Source of the DNA: Octopus sinensis
Taxonomy: Eukaryota
DNA: 64,000 bases
Direction of reading: 5' to 3'
NCBI RefSeq assembly: GCF_006345805.1
Contig: NC_043014.1
Span: 55,287,118-55,351,117, forward strand
Shown here in pieces: positions 26,532 through 38,800 of the stretch (its first letter is position 1; each line of letters begins with the position of its first letter). Position numbers and translations under genes: made by a program. Under the pieces are notes generated by a model. That model made no database searches. It worked only from the letters and a program-made list of their open reading frames with translations, and was not told where the DNA came from.

Positions 26532-29500
26532 TAATATCTTCTCTCTCTCTCCCTTTCTCTTTCCTTCTCTTTAATATCTTATCTCTCTCTCCCTTTCTCT
26601 TTCTTTCTCTTTAATATCTTCTTTCTCTCTCTCCTTCTCTTTAATATCTTCTCTCTCTCTCTCTCTCTCTTTCCTTCTCTTTAATAACTTCTCTTACCTT
26701 CTCTTTAATATCCTCCCTCTCTCTCTCTTACCTTCTCTTTAATATCCTCACTCTCTCTCTCTTACCTTCTCTTTAATATCCTCACTCTCCCACTCTCTCT
26801 CTCTCTTCCATAGCTGATCATCTGTGGTGCCTTTTATCCAAATTATTTCACTCGTGATAAAATAGACGAAGAACAAGTGATGAAGACCATGTCGGGCAAG
26901 GACCCCTTCAATACCGTTATGGTCAGTTGCAAGTTTTGATAATTTCTTCTTTTCTTGTATCCCTTTTTTTTTTTGTGTGTTCATGCTTGTAGGGGTCAGA
27001 CAGAATTTGTTGAGGCACATATTCTACAGCTGGACGTCCTTCCAATCTGCCAATCCCCATTTGTTTCCCAGCAATGTAATATTTCCCCCAGGGCTGGATA
27101 TGTTTTTGTGTGGTTTATGCACAACAACATCATCATCATCATCATCATCATCATTTAGCGTCCGCTTTCCATGCTAGCATGGGTTGGATGGTTCAAATGG
27201 GGTCTGTGAAGCCAGAAGGCTGCATCAGGCTCAGTCTGATCTGGCAGTGTTTCTACAGCTGGATGCTCTTCCTAACGCCAACCACTCCGTGAGTGTTGTG
27301 GGTACTTTTTACGTGCCACCCGCACAGGTGCCAGATGGAGCTGGCAAACGGCCACGAATGGATGGTGCTTTTTATGTGCCACCGGCACGGAGGCCAGTCG
27401 GGGCGGTGCTGGCAATGGCCGCTGTTCCTATATTTAAGAACTATCATCCTTACTGAGCTGTGAAGGTCAGAATCAGTGTTTGTAGCTGATGACACGCAAC
27501 AACGCAGAAATACATGCATCCTACAATCCAGTGATATCATTCATTAAGGCGGGCGAGCTGGCAGAAACGTTAGCACGCCAGGCAAAATGCGTAGCTGTAT
27601 TTCATCTGCCATTAAGTTCTGAGTTCAAATTCCGCCGAGGTCGACTTTGCCTTTCATCTTTTCGGGGTCGATAAATTAAGTACCAGTTACGCACTGGGGT
27701 CGATGTAATCGACTTAATTCGTTTGTCTGTCCTTGTTTGTCCTCTCTGTGTTTAGCCCCTTGTGGGTAGTAAAGAAATAGGTATTTTGTCTGCCGCTACG
27801 TTCTGAGTTCAAATTCCGCCGAGGTCGACTTTGCCTTTCATCCTTTCAGGGTCGATAAATTAAGTACCAGTTACGCACTGGTGTCGATGTTATCGAATTA
27901 ATCCGTTTGTCTGTCCTTGTTTGTCCCCTCTGTGTGTAGCCCCTTGTGGGTAATAAAGAAACAGATATCATTCATAACCCAATGTGTTTTCACACATTTT
28001 GTCTATGAAGAGAAAGTGGTTCTGAGAATGTTGCAACAGGGAACAGTTAACCCATGTCTGAGTGTACACAAGTCTGTTGATTCCAATTGAACTCACGCAG
28101 TCTTCATTCATGGTTCTTTCATGTCAATCAGGTTCATATGTGTCTATCTCCTTTCTTGGCATCACACGAGTGTTTCAAACAACCATCACTGTTATACACA
28201 AAGCATTGTCCATTTCTCACTTTACATCATCATCATCATCATCGTTTAGCGTCCGCTTTCCATGCTGGCATGGGTTGGACGGTGCAACTGGGGTCTGGGA
28301 AGCCAGAAGGCTGCACCAGACCCAGTCTGATCTGGCAGTGTTTCTACAGCTGGATGCTCTTCCTAACGCCAACCACTCCGTGAATGTAGTGGGTGCTTTT
28401 TACGTGCCAGACGAAGCTGGTAAACGGCCACGATCGGATGGTGCTTTTTACGTGCCACTGGCACAGCGACCAGATGAAGCTGGCAACGGCCACATTCAGA
28501 TGGTGCTTTTTACGTGCCACTGGCACAGCGACCAGATGAAGCTGGCAACGGCCACATTCAGATGGTGCTTTTTACGTGCACCGTCACGGAAGCCAGTCAG
28601 GGCGGCGCTGGCTACGGCCACGTTCGGATGGTTCCCTTACGTGCCACCAGCACTGGTATCACAGCTACAAATTCCACTGATGTTGATAGATTACGATTTT
28701 GATTTTGATTTTGAAATATATCTGGTTGTGGGGGAAATGTCCCTTTGCTTCAAAACAGGTGAGGATTGGTGACAGGTAGGGCATATTTTGCCTCAACAAA
28801 ATCCTTCTGACTCATTCATGCAAGTATTTCCATCTCAATCGAAGGAGAGGGGCTTTCTCTGTCCGGGTTGCGGATCCGTGGAATAAGCTGCCGAACGAGA
28901 TGGTGAAGATGCCGACGACTGCTCGGTTCAAAGCCTCTCTTGATCAGAAATGGCCTGAACTCTTTGCATGAACACCACCCTGTACATAACTCCATGTCCT
29001 CCTACATGGCCTTGCTTTTTGCTTTTTGAGCCAAAAAATTAACTTAACTTAATTTAACTTAACTTAACTATGAAAAAGTGGATATTAAATGATGGGGATG
29101 ATGATGAAATCTCAGTGAAGCTACAAACCCTGTCCTTATTTTTGTCTCATCAGATAAATGGTCTGCCATCCAATCAAGGTTCCTTGTACAAATCTCAAAT
29201 TGAACAGTTATTTTATCCGTGTGGAAACATTCTTGCTATACACATGGAAGAATCCAAGTAAGTATTGATCTTTTGCACTTTTCCACAAAATTTAGCATAA
29301 CTTAGTGATTATCTTATTTATTTGTATTTATATATTTAGTTGTTTATTATTGTTTTTGGTTTTGATTTTGTAGGATCTTCATTGAATTTGCTCGCCATTA
29401 CGGCATGAACCGTGCATTGAACAATGTCATTGGTATGGGCAACACTGGGGTTGTGAACCCTGCTGTTTATTTGGCTCTGAAGATGAAGTAAGTTGTCTTT

Positions 29501-32500
29501 TGCTGTTTCTTTCTTTTTTCTCTCTCTCTCTCTTTTAGACCCTTCAAGACCATATCTCTTACCATATCTGTTTTCTATGCTGGCATGGACTGGACGGTCT
29601 GACTGAGGACTGGCAAGGTTTCTACAGCTGGATGCCTTTTCTAATGCCAACCACTCCGTGAGTGTAGTGGGTACCTTTTACGTACCACTGGCACGGGAAC
29701 CAGTCAGGTGGCAATGGCATTGGCCACGTTTGGATCGTGCTTTTTACATGCTACTGGCACAGGAGCTAGTCGGGGCAGGGGGGGAGCTGGCATCGACTAC
29801 GTTCGGATGTTGTTTTTTACGTGCCACCAGCACGGGGAGCCAGTCAGGCGGCATTGGCAACCACCCACACATGAATGGTGCATATTGCATGCCACCAGTT
29901 AATGGTACATTGACTGTATGGATTTCCTTCTTACTTAAGTAATGAATGCATTAGTGTCTTCCAGCGTTTCTTTCTCTTGTCTTCTGATGTCTTGTCAGTT
30001 CCATCACCTGTTCACATAAGAATTAAATGTCAATTCTGTCTTATTTGAATATTTTGTTTCTATGAATTTGCTTCTAGGAAGACATCCTATCGAACACTGG
30101 AACTGGAGCAATACTCTCGAGAGACGGCAACAAAACTGATGAAGCAGGTCTCCCAAGTTCAAAGTAACATTGCTGGAAAATTGCAAACGTTGCGAACAAA
30201 CAGGTCAGTAGTAATTTTAAAAAGTTTCTTTAAAATTCATGCTTATTGTGACTACTTCAGCACATAATTTTACAGGTTTAGCTAGCTTCCATGTAAAAAG
30301 TTTCACAATAGGGACCCCCACCACACACACACACAAAAAATGTGTATCTCTGATCATGAGCAGAAGTAGTGGAGGAGCATCATAGCCATGTGTTGAGAGG
30401 GATTCTTGGAAGTTTGGATAATTCACCTCTGGAAACATGGGTGTTTCGTTCAACATCATTAAACAACCCTTACTCAGGGACTTTTTGAGCAGGATGGGTT
30501 ACTCGACCAGAAGAAAATTCTAACTGGGCCCCACCTACAAATTCCGCCGAGGTTGACTTTGCCTTTCATCCTTTCGGGATCGATAAATAAAGTACCAGTT
30601 TCGCACTGGGGTTGATGTAATCGACTTAAACCCTTTGTCCTTGTTTGTGCCCTCTGTGTGTAGCCCCTATTGGGCAATAAAGAAATATATGAGGAGCAGG
30701 TGTTACTGTACTAAGAATAGAAGAGAGGCACATTGGGGAGTCAGGACACTTTGGGTCAAAATGACTAGTGCAATAATGTAGATGTAAATATTTAGATGAG
30801 GTAAAAGTTAGTCTTTAACGATGAAGTTAATTAGTTCTTTTAATTAGTGAGCAAGTGTTTAATTGGGTTTTATGTTTTTTTTCCTTGACAGAATAACAGC
30901 AGCCTCTGCGACTGTTGGGAAACAGGTGGACTTACCCAACTATTCTATGTCTGTGATAGAAATTATTGTTACTGAAGTAAGTTGCTTTTATCTTTTGCAT
31001 GTTTCGGTCATTAGACTGTGGCCATGCTGGGGCAGTGCCTGGAAGGATTTTAGGCAAATGAATCGACTCCGGTATTATTTTTATTTTAAAGCCTGGTTCT
31101 TATTCTATCAGTCTCTTTTGATGAACCTGCAAGTTAAAGGGACGTAAACACACCAACACTGGTTGCCGAGTAGTGATGGGTGGGGGAACAAACAAAGACA
31201 CACACACACGACGAGCTTCTTTCGGTTTCTGTCTACGAAATCCATCCGTTCACAAGGCTTTGGCCGGCTTGAAGCTATAAAACACTTGCTTAAGGTGGCA
31301 TGCAGTGGGACTGAACCCGTAACCCTGTGGTTGAGAAGCAAACTTCTTAGCACACAACCATGTATTCAGTATATTTCTGAATACCTCGTTGTTGTTGTTG
31401 TTGTTTGGGCTGTCCAGTGGGATTGAACCCAAAAGCACACGGTTGAGAAACAAATAGCTGTATCCCTAAGCCCACCCCTGTCCGTATTTGTACCCTTGTG
31501 CCAAAGTTGTGGACTGTTGTTAAGACAATAACATTAATAACAAGAACGCTCAGAGAGCACAAACCTCTGCCAAGGCAACATCAATGTCCTTTCAACGATT
31601 AGCCGGAGATGATTTTTAAAATGAGGATATCAGAGATTACTCTTTTACTTGTTTCAGTCATCTGACTGTGGCCATGCTGGAGCACCGCCTTTAGTCGAGC
31701 AGATTGACCCTAGGACTTATTCTTTATAAGCCTAGTACTTATTCTATCGGTCTCTTTTGCCGAACCACTAAGTTCTGGTGACGTAAACACACCAGCATCA
31801 GTTGTCGAGCGATGGTGGGGGGACAAACACACAGACATACAAACATATACACACACACGTGCATATATACATACATATATATATGACAGGCTTCTTTCAG
31901 TTTCCGTCTACCAAATCCACTCACAAGGCTTTGGTTGGTCCGAGGCTATAGTAGAAGACACTTGCCCAAGGTGCCACGCAGTGGGACTGAACCTGGAACC
32001 ATGTGGTTGGTAAACAAGCTACTTACCACGCAGCCACTCCAAAAACAGGAAAGATAATCCTGAATCCTTGTCCGGTACCCGATCGATTCCAATGGTGGTA
32101 GTCATGGAATGTGAAGGTGGCTGTAGAAAATTTAGAAACAGTAATAAATAGCTTATCCTCATCAAATACAATCCTAAATTAACAAATTCATCCTTGAAAA
32201 TATTCCGTTGTGTCTGGGGAAAGTCATTTTCTTTTTGTGCCTTATGATTTAACACACTCACCGGTAAAATTTCCACTCATTTCTTACTTTTATTTCCTAA
32301 AAAGAAAATAACTCTCCCCAGACACAACAGAATATGCTTCAACACACAAACTCATATAAAGAATCTTGCAAACCAAATCCAAAAACGAAATATCATTGAA
32401 AACAGTTACAGCCTAAAGGGAGATAATTGGGAAAGACTCGAATGTCAATGTAAGATTCTAATCATGTAAAGTAAATATAACAAATAATGCAGAATCCTTT

Positions 32501-34985
32501 TCCGTTACCGGATCGATCCTAAAATCTAACCAGTTTGTGCCAATCATGAGGCCAAACATCCCTGAAAGTTTTATTTGAATCCATCCAGTGGTTCTTGAGA
32601 TATCTTGTCTAAGGGACAAACAAACAATCAACCACAACTGAAAACAATACTTTCGCCTTTGCTAAGGTGGAGGTAACAAAGACATTGGTTTAACGTCCAC
32701 TTTCCATCGATTGTATGGGTCAGGGGGAATTGGTTGAAGCAGATTTTTCTTTTCTGAATATTAATGTTATTGTAGTAAAGATTGTTTGCCAACATAACAT
32801 GGCAGTCCTGGTTTAGGACGAATGTTGCTGTAATTTAGCCCCAGGAGACATCATCCCCAGCTGGGCTATATGATACGATCTGTGTCCTTATATTTTCGAA
32901 CAAGGGAATCTAGCACCCCCACTCAGCTCAAAACAATATCTGTGTATCGCGATTTCCGGGTTATTTCCCTTCATCAGCACAGAATAACTGTTTGGCTAGA
33001 GGTGGCGCTGCCAAATTCCTGTTTGAAATGTATAGTTTTCAAAGTGATAATTAGTCACTGATCTATAAATTAGAAAATTACTATTTTTAAATCTCACAAC
33101 GGGAGATTTTCAGCAACAGTACTTTGTAGTAAAGATTGTTTGCCAACATAACATGGCAGTCCTGGTTTAGGACAAATGTTGCTGTAATTTAGCCCCAGGA
33201 GACAATGTCCCCAGCTGGGCTATATGACACGATCTGTGTCCTTATATTTTCAAACAAGGGAATCTTTACTACAAAATACTGTTGCTTAATATCTTACATT
33301 GTGAGATTTAAGAATAGTAATTTTCTAATTAATGTTTATTGTTTTTGTCTTTCAATATTTAGATTCTAGAAGGATCAAAACAATATTTTTATTTTCCTTG
33401 CTATAAAAATGTTTGCTCCAATTTTTTAGGTTCTGGAATGTGGACATTTTTGGGCTCGCTATGTTGATCAAGAGAATTCCCTATATTTTGTCCAGTCTAG
33501 TCTTAATATCAACCCCCAAGACCTTCAGGTTGGTTCCTTTTTAACAGTCTTCTTTTTTTTTATTGTTGTCATCTCAGTAGTTTGTTGCTGAAAATTACTC
33601 TCCAAGTTCTTGGTTTGTCGTGTGTGTGTGTGTGTGTGTGTTGTGTGTGTGTGTGTTTGTGTGTGTGTTATTTGCATTCATCGATTTTATTTCTCATGTT
33701 ATTTCTCCATTTCTCTCCTCTTTTGTAGCCTATTTCTGGAAACGTCCACGTCGGTATGATCTGTGCAGCCCCTTACAAGGACGAGGAAGTGCACTACTAC
33801 AGAGCACAAGTGGAGGCCATTCATAACAACATGGCTCATGTAAGTGATATCATCATCATCATCATAGTTTAACATCCGTGTTCCATGCTAGCATGGAGAT
33901 GAATTTAATAGTTGGCAAATACTCTGCCAACTCTTTTTCAATTTGTGTCTTTTGAAAGAGGGCGATGGTGTCGAGTGACTTTGAGTAAGTCCTTAACATC
34001 ACCGTCCTCTCTTCAAAGTCTTTCATCCACTGTTTGGGTGGCACAATCTCCCACTCCAACGTAGTGTTGTTTATCTTTTTTGCCATGTTTTTTGGGGGAA
34101 AAAAGTTAAAAAAAAACAAAAGTTCACAGAGTTCAAAAAAACAAAGATGCAGGAAGGAAGGAAGGAAGAAGACAAGAAACAGTTCAAAAACACAGCAAAC
34201 TATTCTTCTGGCTGTCCTGGTACTCCTGGCCAATTCGGTAATCCACTTGGTAATCCAGGGCCCAAAACAGTCACACAGCAATTCCTCCAAAAATTGGTAA
34301 AATAATAAGCATAATTATAGGAGGAGGGAAACACCCCCAAAACATACTTCTCACTGCTAAGTGAGGCTTTAAACTCAACTACAGGCAGACAAATGCCTGG
34401 AACCCAGTGGAGATTTCTTATTCGACAAAATAATTAAACATGAGCAACAAACCCCCTCTGAATCCCCCACAAAAACCAAATGTTTTACCTTGTAGCTGTG
34501 TTATACCTGTTCAAACACCTGTTTTATATATTTAAAAAATTTCTTTATTTTAGGTTTTCTTTGTGGATTATGGTAATATGGAAATTGCTCCTTTCCATAA
34601 CCTGAAGCTCCTTCCTCAGAGCCTTTTAAATATTCCTTTCCAAGTGAGTACTGTTCTTGTGATTCAAGCCGTCCCTTGATATTTCAGCTCTGTCTGGTGT
34701 GTTTGTATGTTTGTTCTTTTCTATGGTCGGAAGCTTGGATGTTGTACTTAAGAATTTCATCTCACATTTACATGATTTTGTGTCACCTTAAACTAATATC
34801 GAAAAACACCTTGGGAATGAGAACCCAGGTCCGAAATTTCCCCAAGACACCTGATGAAGGCTGGAGGATATACCAGCCGAAATGTTGTGTTAACAACAAA
34901 CAAGATGAGGACAAATATCTGTCAAATGTAAATAATGAAAAGAACAATTTTGAACCTGGGTTCTTATTCCTAAGGTATTTTTCGA

Positions 34986-35022
<37 letters not shown>

Positions 35023-35791
35023 TGAGGAATGAGAACCCAGGTTCGAAATTTCCCCAAGACACCTGATGAAGTCTGGAGGGTACACCAGCCGAAACGTTGT
35101 GTTATCAACAAACAAGATGAGGACAAATATCCGTCGAATGTAAATAATATCTTCTTATATTTCATTGTTTTTTCTCTGTATTTCAGGCATTTGAATGTTA
35201 TTTAAGTGAAATCCAGCCATCCCCAATCAAATGCTTTGATGGTTGTTGGTCCCAGGAATCGACTGACTATTTCCAAAACATGGTCTCTGGTTTCCCTATT
35301 TATGCTCAGGTAAGAAAATTCTTTCTTTCTTTCATTCTTTGTATTTTCATTTTTTGTCTTTTGTTTTATCTTTTCCCTGTTTCACCTCATTGGACTGTGG
35401 CCATTCTGTGGCACTGCCTGGAAGGGTTTTAGTCAAAGAAATCAGACTTTTATGATTTTATCTTGTTCAAGTCTAGTACTCATGCTGTCGGTCTTTTTTG
35501 GCAAACTGTTAAGTTATGGGACATAAACAAACCAACATCACGAGGAGGCTTTGATAGGTGGTGGAATTTGAACTCAGAATGCAAATGGCCAGAACAGACT
35601 CTGCGAGATATATCCTATCCAACTCTAAGAATTTTGCTAATCCACCATTGCAGGCGTGGCTGTGTGATCAAGAAGCTTGCTTCCCAATCATGTGGTTTCA
35701 ATTTCAGTCCCACTGCATGGCACCTTGGGCAAGTGTCGTCTATTAGTTCTGGGACAACCAGAGCCTTGTTTGTACAAACTCCTTGTCTGTT

Positions 35792-35868
<77 letters not shown>

Positions 35869-38800
35869 TGTGTGTGTTTGTGTGTGTGTGTGTAAATAAA
35901 TTTCTCTCTATTTTTCTGTCATATTTTCTCCTCCTCCTCCTTCATATTCTTCTTCTTCTTCTTGCTGTTGTTGTCGTTGCAGATTTATTCGGTCGTCGGA
36001 AGAGTCCTCCATGTTGAGCTGATCAAGAAGAAGTCGAAACAGCAAGAAAACATCAATCGGAAGCTCATTGATCTCGGTTATGCTGATGTCACTGAAGAAT
36101 CTTTCTTATCCAAAGTAACTAGAACATACTTTAACTTTCATTCGTACCAAAGTAGGCAGTGGGAGCACAATGCAGCCTTTGGGCCCATCAGACCGTGTCC
36201 AACTGTCCAGCTTATGGCAACATGGAGCATGGATATTAACCCTTTAGTATTTAAACTGGCCATATCCGGCCAAAATATTTAATCTGTTTTATGTTCAAAC
36301 TGACCAGATCCAGGCTCTCACACCTACCCTACAATGTTATTCTACATTAAGTAATTACACCATCAAGATCTTAAAGATATGAGATAATGCATGATTAATT
36401 CAAATCAATGGGAATCAATAGACATTATGTTTGATTCAATAATATGAACACTAAAGGGTTAAACGATGATGATGATGATGATGATGATGATGGCAGTAAA
36501 ATGTATTTTTTTAATGACAATGTAAACAACAACAACAACAAACAATAATCATCATCATCATCCTAAACATTTAATGTCTGTCTTCCATACTGGCATGGAT
36601 GGAGGGTCGAAAAGAGTCTGATGTGTCATAGGACTGTGTATCTGTCCCTATATCTACTTTCAATGGCCGGCTGCCCTTTCTTATGTCAACTCCCTTATAT
36701 AATGTCCTGGGTGCTTTTGTTGTCATGACACTTGCACTCATGATGATTGCATGATCAATAATGGTTCCTTTTATTTTCCACAGGGGACGTCACATGAGGG
36801 TGGGGACTATGAAGATAGATTACAAACAATAACTCTGAGCACCTTTTCAAACTCCACCCGTCTAACACCCGTGGACATATTTACAAAGTCAGAAAACAGT
36901 ACAGCTCCCATGACTTCAGGAAACATTTTTTCACGCTGAAAGTTGCTGAAGCATGGAACAAACTGCCGGCATCGGTTGTTAGTTGTCGGAGCACTGCATC
37001 CTTCAAAACTTCCATGCTTCCTGAGATTCGCCAACACTACACCTGATTTTCTCCCCTCCATACACACACAAACATGTATCTGACTCATACACTGTTCACT
37101 TCCCAGACATTTGTACATTACTGCATATGCAGACACCCATAAAATTATTAATTATAAAATTATGGCAGACACCCATAAAATGATTAACCATCTTATTAAT
37201 AATAACTCTGAGCACCTTTTCAAACTCCACCCGTCTAGCACCCGTGGACATATCTACAAAGTCAGAAAACAGCACAGCTCCCATGACTTTAGGAAACTTT
37301 TTTTCACGCTGAGAGTTGCTGAAGCATGGAACAAACTGCCGGCATCAGTTGTTAGTTGTCGGAGCACTGCATCCTTCAAAACTTCCATGCTTCCTGAGAT
37401 TCGCCAACACTACACCTGATTTTCTTCCCTCCATACACACACAAGCATGTATCCGATTCATACACTGTTCGCTTTCCAGACATTTGTACATTACTGCATA
37501 TGCTTTATACGCACTTTTGACAAGTTGTGGTGCACATGAGCACTGTATACAATAATTTCATTATTATTACAATTTGTGTGGGGGAATTACTTAAAATCGG
37601 GTGAGAAAAAGTTTTGTGGAGGAATGAGAGGGAAAGTATAAGACATGGATAATTGGTGCAGGAGAGCTCCCAATGGAGGCCAACCAAGGAACCCCTCAGA
37701 TACAATGTCACCCTGACCCCCAAGGGCACAAGCTGTCACCCAGCTGTTCTTCTATATTCTATAGGTGCATGCTTAGAATATTTCCATTCACTCTAATCAT
37801 TTTTGTCACAGTCACCTTTTGATAAAAAAATAATAATAATAACTCCGTGCTGGTGGCACGTAAAAAGCACCATCTGAATCGTGGCTGATTGCCAGTGCTG
37901 CCTTGACTGGCTTCCATACCGGTGGCATGTAAAATGCACCAATCCGACCATGGCCGATGCCAGCCTTGCTTGGCACCAGTGCAGGTGGCATGTAAAAAGC
38001 ACCACGGAGTGGTTGGCGTTAGGAAGGGCACCCAGCCGTAGAAACACTGCCAGATCAGACTGGAGCCTGGTGCAGCCTTCTGGCTTCCCAGATCCCCGGT
38101 CGAACCGTCCAACCCGGGCTAGCACGGAAAGCAGACGTTAAACGATGATGATGATGATGATGATGAATAATAATTTTTCTACCTGAAATTTTTGGTGAAG
38201 GGTCTAGTCGATTACATCGACCTCCAGTGTTTCACTGGTGCTTAATTTACAGACCACGAAAGGATGGAAGGCAAAGTCAACCTTGGTGGCATTCGAATTC
38301 AGAACCTGAAGATGATGATAATCATCATCATCATCGTCGTCGTTTAACGTCCGCTTTCCTTGCTGGCATCCCTGAAAGTTCCATCTGAATCCATCCAGCG
38401 GTTCTTGAGATATCTTGTCCACAGACAAACAAACACAATACCTTTGCTTTCACTAAGGCAGAGGTAATAATAATAATAATAGGAGTGGCTGTGTGGTAAG
38501 TAGCTTGCTAACCAATCACATGGTTCCGGGTTCAGTCCTACTGCGTGGCATCTTGGGAAAGTGTCTTCTACTATAGCCTCGGGCCGACCAATGCCTTATG
38601 AGTGGATTTGGTAGATGGAAACTGAAAGAAGCCTGTTGTATATATGTATATATATATATATGTATGTGTGTGTATATGTTTGTGTGTCTGTGTTTGTCCC
38701 TCTAGCATTGCTTGACAACCGATGCTGGTGTGTTTACATCCCCGTCACTTAGCGGTTCGGCAAAAGAGACTGATAGAATAAGTACTGGGCTTACAAAGAA

